Assembly: GCF_004010195.1 (NCBI RefSeq)
Contig: NC_057753.1
Coordinates: 1,858,476-1,878,475 of the forward strand
Direction: 5' to 3'
Length of the DNA stretch: 20,000 nt
DNA from: Chiloscyllium plagiosum
Lineage: Eukaryota
Part shown: piece after piece, positions 1 to 11,209 of the stretch
Position numbering within the stretch: position 1 is the stretch's first letter
Layout of the letters: the number at the start of each line of letters is the position of its first letter
The notes under the pieces: model-generated
The model's database searches: none
Told to the model about the DNA's origin: nothing
Seen by the model: only the letters and a program-made list of their open reading frames with translations
Translations under genes and position numbers: made by a program

Positions 1-10
1 TATGTATTTT

Positions 11-314
11 GAAGGATCAAACTGAGGTGTGAATTTCTGGATGTTGGTTTTCAGACCTTTCACCACCATGCTAGGTAACATCATCAGTGAGACTCCGGAT
101 GAAACACTGGTGGCTTGGCCCGCTTTCTATTTGTGTGTTTAGGTTTCCTTGGGTCCGTGATGTCACCTCCTGCGGTTATGACATTTCCAGTTCTTTTTCT
201 CAGGGCGTGGCAAATGGGATCTTAGTTAATGTGTTTGATGCTCGAGTTCCAGTTGGAATGCCGAGCTTCTAGGAATTCTCGTGTGGGTCTCTGCTTGGCT
301 TGTCTTCAGATAGG
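11..314 (-). mobile_element. Inverted copy of the Penelope-like element 3' end (GIY-YIG C-terminus + pLTR)
   Basis: Its reverse complement aligns with 1870-2145, e.g. ccaaggaaacctaaacacacaaatagaaagcgggccaagccaccagtgtttcatccggag vs ccaaggaaaccttaacacatatatggaaagcgggctacgccaccagtgcttcatccggag. ORFs 87..272(+) and 1783..2235(-) share the antisense peptide LRMKHWW. Confidence 0.85.
51..90 (-). ncRNA. Minimal hammerhead ribozyme-like motif in the inverted pLTR copy
   Basis: Minus strand reads tca CTGATGA tgttacc tagcat ggtggt GAAA gg TC tga: both core boxes, stem II and a tca/tga stem I. Confidence 0.6.
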
Positions 315-2145
315 CGCACTAACATTCAGCAGTCAAAAGGAAGGAAGCGCACCCAGTAACAATAAAGTAAAGCTGTAGAAATACTAAAAAAAAAATTCAT
401 TGTTATCATTCCTGCAGACAAAAGACGCTTGATAGTCATTTTAAATCAACGAGATTACATTGAGAAATCGAACGCACTACTTGCAGGTACAAACACTTAC
501 CAACAAGTGGTGATCGGCTGAAGCCAACAACTAGAGAACCGAATCACAGCCATACTCAATAAAGTTCAGAAATCTGGAGAAATAAATAAGACTGACTTCC
601 AAACAATGAAATCAGACCGATCAAGCACACCACACTTCTATGGATTACCTAAAATTCACAACCAAGAGCCCCCCCCCCCCAGACCCATAGTCTCACTACC
701 TGGACCACCAACTTAAAAAATTGCCAAGGAGCTACACGAAAGACTAAAAGCCTTAGTAGAAGACTCGTACCACCCCACCCAAGAATTCCTGAAGACCATC
801 AAAGATAGAAGAGGACGATATTATGATGTCCTTTGACGTAACAGCCCTTTTTATATCCATAAACATCAATCTGGCCAAGGAAACACTGACTGCACTATTA
901 GAAGAACCAAGGATACATGCTCCAAATACCACCAACTTCATCAGCAAGGTCAATGTGGTCAAGCTAGTGGACCGACGCCTTACCACCCGCTTCACCATCT
1001 ACAACAGAACCTACAGACAAACCAACTGAACACCAGTGGGATCTCCCTTATCAGAGTTCTTAGCAGAGTCAGTAATGCGGAGGCTCAAACGAACAGCTCT
1101 GCCAACCATCTAACCCAAACTTTGGTCCGCTATGTGGATGATACCTTTGTCATCACGAAACGAACAAAATAAGAGGAAACCTTCCAGAACGCCAATAATA
1201 CTCTTCGTGGCTTAACGTTTACTAAAGAGGAGGAAAACAACAACAAACTGCCATTACCAGATGTCGCAGTAGAGCGAACAGTCAATCGGGAACTTCAAAC
1301 CAGCGTCAACAGGAAAACAACGCATACTGACCAAGTACTGGACAACAGACGCAATCATTCAAACAGCCACAAATAAAGCTGCATGAGAACATTATTTCAA
1401 CGAGCCACCACACACTGCAGCACCGAGGAACTACGCAGGACGACGGAAAATCACCTATACAGTGTATTCAAAAAGTACGGGTACCCAATGAACACAGTCC
1501 GACAATTTCTCAGCAACAAAGCCCAACAAACAGACAAAACACGTCCAGAAACCTTAGCCACTTTCCCCTATATCAACAACATTTCGGAAATGACTCGAAG
1601 ATTACTCAGAACTCTTGGCATCATGGTTGCCCACAAACCAAAATAACACTGAAACAGCAGCTAATTAACTTGAAAGACCCTATACAGACAACAAGCAAAA
1701 CCACTGCTATTTACAAAATGCCTTGCAAAATTGTAGCAATTGGAGAAACAGATAGAATACTCGCCACCAGGATACATGCACATCAACTAGCCACAGAAAG
1801 ACATGACCCACTCTCACTAGTATCCTTACATGCAGATGGGGAAGGACACCACTTCAACTTGGACAACACATCCATCCTAGAACAAGCCAAACAGAGAAAC
1901 GCACAAGAATTCCTAGATGTATGGTGTTCCAATTGGAACTCTATCACCTCACAAGAAAATAAGTTAATGACATCACCACAAGAACTGTCCCAAGGAAACC
2001 TTAACACATATATGGAAAGCGGGCTACGCCACCAGTGCTTCATCCGGAGGGTCACTGATGATGTTACCTCGTATGGTGACGGAACGTCTGAAAACAAACC
2101 TTTCGGCTCAGCGGGCAAACCTACATCTAGAACCTCGAGCTGAGC
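315..2145 (+). mobile_element. Decayed Penelope-like retroelement (reverse transcriptase + GIY-YIG endonuclease), with frameshifts and stops
   Basis: PLE motifs occur in order across frames: IVIIPADK..IVILN..DYIEK (~400-465), PHFYGLPKIH (~630-660), RPIVS, MMSFDVTALF (823), YRQTN..GSPLS, RYVDDTF (~1128-1148), FTKEEE..LP, RKTTHTDQ, then the GIY-YIG-like AIYKMPC..IGETDR.L..RI.AH and EFL. Confidence 0.92.
2052..2091 (+). ncRNA. Minimal hammerhead ribozyme-like motif in the Penelope pLTR (core mutated)
   Basis: tca CTGATGA t gttacc tcgtat ggtgac GGAA cg TC tga. Stem II is 2063-2068/2075-2080, and the GAAA box reads GGAA. Confidence 0.6.
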
Positions 2146-2882
2146 AGTTTCGGTCGACACATTACCAGAAAAACGTGAAACTTTGGGCAGAGTGCAGAGA
2201 AGGTCCACCAGGATGCTCCCTTGTGTCAAAGGCATTGGCTATTTTAAAAAGGTCAGGATTGTTTTCATTTGTTATGGACCAGGAAAGACCTCCTCAGCAC
2301 ATTTCAAGAATGCAGCTCAGGTACTAAACTTTCTCGTATAAAGCATTTGTCTAATGGATATTCCAGGAGTATTGCAGCTGGTCCAATCACTCAGCTTTTA
2401 ACAAAACAGAATTTATTTGCAGGCAAAGAAAATAATGCAGAATATAAAATAACATAATGTCGGAAAACCCAAATCTCCCCAAAAACGCAAATTAATGAGG
2501 CTGTTCGAAATAATTGCAATCCCATAAACATCCCCTTGGCAAAACAGGTAAAATTAAACACAAGATCTTAGAGGTGAGATGCCCAATGGAGAGGATCAGC
2601 GTCGAAGTATTTCTTTTGTGTCCACAGCAGCTTCTCTCGGTTCACAGCTAAAATGGACGAGCATCCACAAACAAAACAGTTTGCAAAACCCAAACGAACC
2701 CTTAACTGGGAGAATTGCCTACTGCCCTTTCGGTGTACAAGTGATTTTTCTTCTATTAAAAAAAACAATCAACTCCTTCAAGTGGATAAATGTAAACATA
2801 TCAGAACTTCTGCCGTTTACATCCCCTTTTGAAAAAAAGTTGAAGCACGATATAACCTTGTTAATGAAGCAGCATCGTCACA

Positions 2883-3294
2883 CACTGGAAAGACTGTGAC
2901 TGAGAGGTCATCTGAAAAACGTCTATAAAATTATGAGAGGCATGGATAGGGGAGATTTGTCAGAAGCGTTTTCGCACGATTGAAATTTGAATTACAAGTG
3001 AGCTCAAGTTCAAGGTGAGAGTGGGAATATTTAAGGGAGATGTGTGAGGGAATATTTACACAAGGCATGGTAGGAGCCTGGAACGCCCTGCCAGCGTCGA
3101 TGGTGGAATCAGGCACGTTGGCGACATTTAAGAGACATTTCGATTGTTACATGAATGGGCGACAATAGAGGGATATGGACTGAATAAGGGCAAAAGTATT
3201 TTTTTTTAGTTTAGTTTGGGCATGATGATCGCCACAGGCTTAGTCATCGGAAGGACCCATTCCTGTACTGTAATTCTGTTTGTTCTTTGATCTA
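2883..3294 (+). mobile_element. CR1 LINE 3' fragment (ORF2 C-terminus + 3' UTR)
   Basis: Remnants LER..LRGHLKNVYKIMRGMDR and VGAWNALP..MVESGTLATFKRHFD, ending in a short-repeat tail (ttctgtttgttctttgatcta). Confidence 0.85.
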
Positions 3295-3509
3295 AACAAC
3301 AATAAATAAATGATTGGCATGTCTCAAAGTAGTCACATTCAGCCACAATAGATACACCCTGGGTCGTTAAGTAGAAGCAAGGGTAGAAATATGAAATTAT
3401 ATTCTCAATCTTTCAAACCTCCTTCAATGCTGGTATTATGATAGATGAATGGAAAGTTGAATGTCTTAAATATCTGAAAATAAAATGAAGGAAATAAACG
3501 AAGCAGTCA

Positions 3510-3860
3510 CGCAAATATCAGACTTGGTGTGCGAGGTGGGGGCATCTATGGAAACCATGATCTGTAGTATAAATAGTTTTCACTTAGAAAATCGTCAGTT
3601 GCTAAATGACAGCCGACATGACGTTGTGAAAGACAAAACCTGGCAAGCACAATTAAATTGTTGAAATTATATGAATGATGAAGGCAATCCTGTTGGTGTT
3701 TTATATGTGGGTTTTATAAGATGTCTCATATAAGTCTGATACTTTAGAAAAAAATAAATCTCATTGGTTTAAAAAGATGAGACAGTCACATTTTTGATAC
3801 AAAATTGGCTATGTGACAGAAAATGGGAAATGGTGGTGAGTAGATATTTTACAGACTGAA
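3510..3860 (+). mobile_element. Highly decayed CR1 RT-domain fragment
   Basis: Remnants LLNDS.H..VK.K, DEGNPV.VLYV.F, KIKSH, IQNWLCDRK..VVV match the order seen in CR1 ORF2. Confidence 0.6.
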
Positions 3861-3871
3861 ACACAGTAACG

Positions 3872-4046
3872 TAGAAGATAAGAGTTGGAGGAGGCTATTC
3901 GGCCCTTCGAGCTCACTCTATCATTTTCACGATCATGGCTGACCGTTTAACTGAATAACCTGATCCTGCTTTCTTCCCTTAACCTTTGATCCCATGTGTC
4001 CTAAGCGCTATATCTGACCATCGCTTGAATCAATCCAATATTTTGG
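3872..4046 (-). mobile_element. CR1 LINE 3' UTR fragment
   Basis: Antisense CR1 3'-end pattern: ggaggaggctattcggcccttcgag...gatcatggctga...cctttgatccc. Confidence 0.65.
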
Positions 4047-4294
4047 AAGGGACATACGTTGATTTGTTCTGTTGTTGTTCAGAGTATCACACTTTTAATA
4101 CATATTATTAATATCATTATAAATTTGCATATGATATACAAGGTGCAAATGCAGGCAGAATTGAGGAAGAGAATAGCAAACTTCCAGAGGACATAAACTG
4201 CAGAAAATCGCAAATATACAAGAAGTCTGAGAAGCGTGTTAATACATTTTCGAAAGAAGAATGAGAATAGACAATTTAAACTAAATGATAACAT

Positions 4295-5461
4295 ATGTCT
4301 GCCTTAAATGCCATTACCTGCACGTGGCTTAAGCTCCTCTGCCTCCCCATCCCCGCATCTTGAACATTTGTCCTCTCATGATTCACTCGCCCAACCTAGG
4401 GAAAAAGCCTCATATTTTCCACTCTATCTATGACTCTATCCACGACTCTATCCACAATGTTTTAAACATCTATCAGGTCGCCCCTCAACCTCCTGTGTTC
4501 CAGTGAAAATAACTCAGGCTTCCAACTGTCCTTCACAAGTAAAATCCCACATCCGAGGCAACACCCTGGTAAAGCTTTTGCGTGACTTCTCCAAAGCATC
4601 CATTCTTCTTGATAGTGTGGTAATGAGAATTGTACACAGTTTTCCAAATGTGACTGAAGTACAGTTCTCTCAATCGGCTGCTTAACTTGCAAATACTTAT
4701 AATTAAAACACTGTCCAGTGAAGACAAGCATACCATAGTTATTTTTCACAACCTTATTTCCCTGCAATGCAAACTTCAGTGAACTGGGGATCGACAAACA
4801 CAGATCCTTCTGCATATCAGTACTCCTAAGTGTTCTGCGATTCACTGTAAAATGTCAACCTGCAATTGAACTGACAAAATGTATCACTTCCCATTTGCCT
4901 GGACCAAATTCTACCTACCATTTTCAGCCCCGCTTCCACTAGATTCATATCCTGTTGTAACTTCTGATGATCCATGTCACCATCTGCAACTGCATCAATC
5001 TTTGTATCGTCCACAAACTTCTAATAGCATCAACCACATTTTCCTTGAAATTATTTGTGTAGACAAGAACGATAGACACCCCAGCTCTGATGGCTGTGGA
5101 ACACAACTTGTCACAACTTTTCACTTCAGAAAACATCCTTCCACAGGTTCATTCTCTATCCTATAACTCAGATAGCTCAGAACAATTTGAGCTCACGTCT
5201 GATATCATGTGACATTACATTTTCTGCCGGTTTGCCTTGAGAGGCATTGTCAAAGGCTTTACTGACGTCCATGCAGACAATGTAGACCATTTTCCCTCAT
5301 CATTCGCCTTCGTCACCTTCTCAAAAACCTTGATGAAGTTATTGAGACATGACCTCCCAGATATAAAACAATGCTGTAGATCATTGATAAGTCCATTTGT
5401 TTCTAAATGTGTACAGGACTTGTTACTAAGAATCCAGTCCAATAATTTCCCTACCACTAGG
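4295..5461 (-). mobile_element. CR1 LINE ORF2 (RT and C-terminal) fragment, decayed
   Basis: Minus-strand ORF pieces: VVGKLLDWIL..HLETNGLI.D.QHCF.SGRSCL.N....FE.VT...DEG; DDTKI....D..KLQQD; QKDL; LENCVQF.LPHY; LFSLEHRRLRGDLIDV. Confidence 0.9.
4421..4456. repeat. 3 x 12-bp tandem repeat inside the CR1 fragment
   Basis: actctatctatg / actctatccacg / actctatccaca. Confidence 0.85.
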
Positions 5462-6481
5462 ATGGGCTGTGTTTCCATGCTGCATGACTCTCTGTGACAA
5501 ACGAGAAGTGTTCAAATATAACTCAGACACATACACATACTCACATCCAAACATCGATTTTTTACACATAAGTTTAGTCATGATAGAAATTTTTCAATGT
5601 GCATTCAAGTGGACAGAGGAGCAACATAGCTCTCATCCAGCCACAGCATTGACAAGGCTTCAGATTTTGCATATATTTGGGGAAATAGATTAAGAATTGT
5701 TTATTGAAGAGCAAATTTAGAATGTTCATGACATTTCCCTTGGCAGAAGCTCTTAGATTTCTCTGCCACACCGTAATCTAAGGTAATAACCATTTCAACT
5801 AACTAGATTTGAAAGAATCTGGCGTCTAAGTCATATTTGTATCTCTTGTTGCCAACTTAAATAGAAGCAACGTGTTTCCCCAGAAATGCATATGCCTCGC
5901 TTTCATTGACTCCTTGTTGAGATTTTACCGCTGTTCTATTATAGAATAACAAAAACATGTAATTTGGTAGCTTATCTGTAATTTTCATTTATTTCAGTTA
6001 CAGTGCCGTTTGACTCTGTGTTTCGGAGCACCCGTGAACGTTATTGACTCCATGAGAGACTAATTCGCATGCATTGAAAAATGTGTTCAATCCTATTGTT
6101 GACTGGATGAGTTGCATCTGACCGGTTCCAAATGCAAACTTGTGGCATTTAAAGGGCAAAGTTGATCCATTTGAATCATTGTTTAAAGCGAATAATGAAA
6201 CTGGAGAAAAGATGTACAGTTCATGCTTTCTTTCGTGAGCAGTAAACAAATGTGCTGTCTTGCACAACACTTGTTTCTCACCACGTCTCAAAATGCATTC
6301 TGCTAATCATTTTTCTTTTAGTTTTGCGATCTGGTGAAAAATTGATGATGGGGGTTGAGGTCTCCAATCAGCAAAATTAAATGGTGGAACAAGATGCGAA
6401 GTCCAAGAGATCTATTGCTGCCCCTCAACTCGTATAATACTGCAGTAGCAATACCGGATGCAGCCATATTTATTACATCTA

Positions 6482-6775
6482 TTTTATTAATTCACGGATG
6501 TGGACTTCGTTGGCGCAGTCAGGTTATATCACCAATTTTAACAGTCATTGCTGTGCATCTGAAGTCACACACAGATCGCACCCAGTAAAGACAGCATTTT
6601 AATTCCCTAAAGAACATTAGTGAACGCATTTTACCCCGACAAATGGCCCATGATAATCCTAGACTGTGAATTTCAGTTTTGGTATTAAAGTCAAATCCCT
6701 GGAACTGCCATGTGGGACTTGAACAAGGAACCAGAGAACATCACCTGGGTCTCTGTAAATTGGAACATCACTACA
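6482..6775 (-). mobile_element. Decayed tRNA-derived SINE (family uncertain, possibly DeuSINE-type)
   Basis: Resembles a common shark SINE in antisense (cattgctgtg..tctgaagtcaca...ttccctaaagaacattagtgaac...). It has a B-box-like ggacttgaac (reverse complement gttcaagtcc) at ~6715-6724. Confidence 0.55.
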
Positions 6776-6963
6776 GAATGTTTTCTTCTGTAGGCTGGTG
6801 CAACGATGTTTCCCAGAGGTTAGAGGCGATGGACTTGAAATCTAGTACCTCGCATCAAATCACACTCCTGTCATTATTTCATAAAATATTAAACTCCATC
6901 TTTTTGTGTGATGCTTGTCTCACTGTCATAAGAGCTGGAAGCTTCTTCTTGTCAATTGATCAA

Positions 6964-7145
6964 TTCCATTGATCAATTCACCTAACCTGACCTGGTTTAG
7001 CCTGTCAGAGGAAGTTGGAGCACCTTGCAGAATCGGAGAGAGAGAGACACGAGGAGAACATGCAAACTCCACATCTACAGTCTTCTGAGTTTGCAATTGA
7101 ACCCATATCGCTGGCACTGTGAAGCAGCAGTGCTAACCACTGTGC
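6964..7145 (-). mobile_element. HE1/V-SINE-like SINE, tail-less duplicated copy
   Basis: Minus strand gcacagtggttagcactgctgcttcacagtgccag..gggttcaatt..tgtggagtttgcatgttctc: tRNA head with A/B boxes plus a V-domain-like core. Confidence 0.8.
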
Positions 7146-7446
7146 TCCTTATCACAGGTATTATTCATCCTGCTGGAAACCAGAGAGTTCAGAGGAACTA
7201 CCGTAATTCAGTGAAAAGTACAACAGGGAATGGAAACCATTACCTAAACTGTGTTTGGAAATGAGGATTCACTTAAAATAATGATTAAGGACAAGAATTT
7301 CCGTGATTCTTTCCTTTTAACATTACATTCTATCGGTTTTAATTCATGCAAAATAAAGAACAACGACCAGGAACGAGAAAGAGCAGAAGCACAAGTTTAT
7401 CATGTGGAACATATCAACTTGCCTTTTTTTAAATTGAGGAGACGAG

Positions 7447-7758
7447 TTAGAATTAGAATTCCAGCAGCACTGGGACTACTGTGGAAGGAGGGCTTTCCAC
7501 TCATCTCTCCCACACCGACTGCCTGAAGACCAGTCAACCAAGATTAACTCTCCGAGTCTATCCCGTGACACTGTATTTCCATTGATCAATTCACCTAACC
7601 TGACCTGGTTTAGCCTGTCAGAGGAAGTTGGAGCACCTTGCAGAATCGGAGAGAGAGAGACACGAGGAGAACATGCAAACTCCACATCTACAGTCTTCTG
7701 AGTTTGCAATTGAACCCATATCGCTGGCACTGTGAAGCAGCAGTGCTAACCACTGTGC
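7447..7758 (-). mobile_element. HE1/V-SINE-like SINE, near full length
   Basis: Same head and core as above plus a CR1-like tail (ttagaattagaa...ccacaccgac...), homologous to 12851-13211. Confidence 0.8.
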
Positions 7759-8479
7759 TCCTTATCACAGGTATTATTCATCCTGCTGGAAAACAGAGAG
7801 TTCAGAGGAACTACCGTGATTGTATTTAGCTGTTAAGCATACCTAGTACTGAAAATAATTCATTCGGAAAGTTGGGATTGATTTTAACGAATATTTGAGA
7901 CAAGATTTAATAATTTGGAAATTAGTTTGCTGCATTGTAAAACCTACTCAGAAACGAAAAATCTTTCTTTATGCTGTCCGCAAACTTTTGCAAAACCTAA
8001 ATAAGCAATGAGTCATTTCTACTTCCTGCATTTTATTGACTGAAAATGGGATCATTGCTACACTGGGAACTGCAAACATATGTTGGTTAATTACTTTGTG
8101 GAGCACTATAAAAATAAGTTCTCAAAGTGGGCGCTGACGTTTTGGTCAATTATAGTTGTAATTTTCTGCCCATATCCACTCTGACTTTGGCTTCCAGGAA
8201 TGTTGTAGGTAAACTGAATGGGAGCTCAACAATAGCTTTCAATTCAACATTTTCCAAGTTTCCATTCTCAACATGAAATTCATTTTTTGCACCTTAGGGC
8301 ATATTCAGCTCTTGGAACACTTGCCCTGAAAATGTGCTCGGAACTGATTTTATGGATAGATTGTGCTTGCTTATCCTCATGTACCAATCAATCCTAAAAT
8401 CCTTGAAAAAAAAGCACCATTAAAGTTTTACATTCTAGGGAATATCTCCGTGGTGGTGTATTTAGCAGACGGAATAAAG

Positions 8480-9150
8480 AGAGTGAACATATAGTTAGTT
8501 GTCCAATTCTAAAAAGTTTGCAGGGATCACGAGATTTCTGTTCCATGGACATGCATCCTTGAAGTTATTGGGATTTATTCATCGACTGCAAAGCAAAGTG
8601 ACTCTCGAGCTTCAAAAAATATTGGTATTGAGAACAAAACGCAGGCAAGTAATGTGTAACATCTATAAGTTTCTCGTGAGCCCACAAGTCTACTTCTGAG
8701 TGCACTTCAGGTCACCACTATTTACAACGATAGAGAGCGTCCTTGAGAGTTTGTAGAGTTGAGCTATCGGATTGGTGTCAGCGAAGCAGGTTGAGAAAAC
8801 ATTTGATTGAGTTTCAAGATGTACAACTGGTTTAAATTAGATATAAATGTACAGTTTAGTGTGATTGCCTGATTGTACACTTATTATGGTCAGATTGAAG
8901 TTTCTGAGGAAAAACAAGAGCGGAATTTGATACGAACATTTTCACACAATTGATGGTGATGTTCTGGAACAGGCTGTCATGATAGTGTTAGGAAAAGGAC
9001 ACAGTGGTTGAGTTAAAAAAAATGAATTACCGTTTGAGCGAAAGATCATGCAAGCATAGAACTGAGGAATGCTTGTGATTGCATTGTTGTAGGTAGCAAG
9101 ACTGGACTCAATCCACTGAATGGCCTACTATGCTGCTTAAGGGTTCTGAC
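8480..9150 (+). mobile_element. Old CR1 3' fragment
   Basis: Remnants VMCNIYKFLVSPQV, FT....V.FWNRL and a 3' UTR-like ctgaatggcctactatgctg. Confidence 0.6.
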
Positions 9151-10380
9151 TCTTTGGTGCGTTCTCTCCATGTGTCTAAAATTTTGAATTCAGTTTTCAC
9201 TCATCCCAAGGCTATTGGATAATTCAAATGCGTGTAGTCGAGAATTAGTTACATCTCTCCAAGCTGAGTCTAAACACGGTTTGGTTATCTCAGTACATTG
9301 TCAATATCACTGATGGCTGAAAGTCTCCCACCGAGAGAACAGATGAATCTTTATCGTTCAACATTTGTATGCACATGTTATTCAGACCCTGATCTCTCCG
9401 AATTTGATATAATGTATATTTTGAGTTTCCTATCTGTCAATCATCGGCTTTCACTCGGTGATAAATTGAGAAAATCTTTAATGTCAGTTCGGGACTGAAA
9501 TTCAGAATAGGCAATATTTCTCTTGCTTCGAATTTGATGAGTATAAATCCTCACAGTCTGACATTTTGCGAAAGGAAGGTCACGCACGCGCCCTGTTGCA
9601 ACTTGCTTCTCATTATATGCATGTATCTCACGGAATATTGCCCCCAGTAACGATAGCAGCAGTAAACCGGGCCCTACCAAAGAAAACTAAATCATTGACT
9701 GCGGACCGTTCACTGCAGTAATGGAATCCGTCGTTTCCATTTCAGAATCTGTGGTTAGTTTTGTTCTTTATGAATATTCCCCGCCCAATTTGCGTTCTTC
9801 CCACCCATCCAGTTTCTCATTGTCTCACTGATTAAACTTTTCATTATACTCATTGCAGTACAAGTGACAATAAAGCTAATTCTAATACTGATTCATGAGT
9901 AAGCGTGAACAGCGGCACAGCTGTGAGCATAAAATCAGGGAATTTGGAGGCAATGTGCGAATTCAATGCAGAGGGGAATACCTACCTGTTGTTTCCGTTT
10001 TTTGCCTGGTAGTTTGCAAGGTTTCTTACCAGAATGAATTGGAGCCCAGTATCAGGGTCTCAGCACAAAAGACTGACATCAATGTTAACTCATAATTTCA
10101 CTGTTTGGTGACAGCTACTAATTTGACAAAGAGCATAGTTTTCTTTGACATTGAAGGTAAGTCACGGAAATACTTGTAGGCCAGTATGACATTTCTATAA
10201 AGTTCAAATAAGGAGTAAGTAATTAAAAGAGTGATGATTTGCCAGGTGATATGTTGTAATTGCATGGCTTTGGAACTGATGGCCACCATTCTGCTTCCCA
10301 GTGACCACAACTGCAGCCAGTAAACACCAAAAGGAAGACGTTTCTGTAATTCAGACATTAAAGCTGAAGTTGTTCAAAAA

Positions 10381-10501
10381 GCTCAGGAGGTATGGCAGCA
10401 TCTGTAGAGAGAAATCAGAATTAACGTATTGGCTCCAACCTCCCTATCTCTGAGGAAACAACTCTGATTTCCCTCCACAGATGCTGCCAGGTATGTTCAG
10501 C
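10381..10501. repeat. Short palindromic element, probably derived from a Penelope pLTR
   Basis: 30-bp inverted arms 10393-10422 and 10460-10489 (tggcagcatctgtRgagRgaaatcagaRtt, 3 mismatches). A related half-copy lies at ~10930-10960. Confidence 0.7.
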
Positions 10502-11209
10502 TTCAGTAGCGAGTGTTGGTTGCTTGAGGCACTCCGGCTCAGATTTGATGAGACAGAGTCTGAACTCTGAACACATTGACACATCAGGAAGATGGAGAGT
10601 TACCTGGATTCTGTGTTTGACGAGGGAGTCATACTCCTTAGATTAACTACGTTGCATTTGGTCAGGGACAACAGGATTTTATTCCGAACTAGAACGGTCG
10701 AGGAATCCGGGTAGTACTGCCAAAGGAAAGAAAACCCATACGTTTTTAGCTGAGTCTAGTGTCTTAAACTCGTCTTCTGATGAGCTCCACATTTTCAACA
10801 CTCTCCACTGAATTGAAGCAGGTGCTATCAAACATTAAAAGAAAACAGCGTTGAAATAGTCAGCTAACTCGTATGGTGAAAGGAACGTAGTTTAGACGAT
10901 GTGGCATCACTGTTTCAGCACACAGAGCTGAAACGCTAACTCTGTTTCTCACCACAGATATTAGGGGTTGCATTTGCCAATATTGATTCTGGGAAAATCC
11001 TTACAGAGAGACGAGAACTCTGAGACAACGGTTAAAAATAATGTGGTCCCATTCAATGGAGGAAAGAAAGTTTTGTAAAGTCATCGAATAAATGTTTCTG
11101 TTACAGATTTCTATGTTCCCAGTTGACAAGAGAGGCAATAATTGTTGGGACGGCATGAATATGATGTAGATGTTCTACTCACCTCAATCTTGATCTTAGG
11201 GACATTAAT

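Larger units (their letters stand above)
6964..7817. repeat. 241-bp direct duplication (6964-7204 and 7577-7817)
   Basis: Offset 613 bp. I see one mismatch (ggaaaccaga vs ggaaaacaga), and the duplicated ORFs in the track share the same offset. Confidence 0.95.

Noticed and set aside
669..680. C12 run in the Penelope RT as a programmed frameshift site
   Set aside because: The element has many other stops and frameshifts; simple homopolymer expansion is enough to explain it.
6926..7829. Duplicated small ORFs (MPAIWVQ..., MQNRRER...) as a paralogous gene pair
   Set aside because: Chance frames across a duplicated SINE; no coding features.
9895..10358. ORFs 9895..10095 and 10098..10358 and a minus-strand AG|GTAGGT near 9985 as exons of a second gene
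   Set aside because: No recognisable domain and no coherent exon chain.
10777..10783. CTGATGA as another hammerhead core
   Set aside because: No stem II or GAAA at a suitable spacing.
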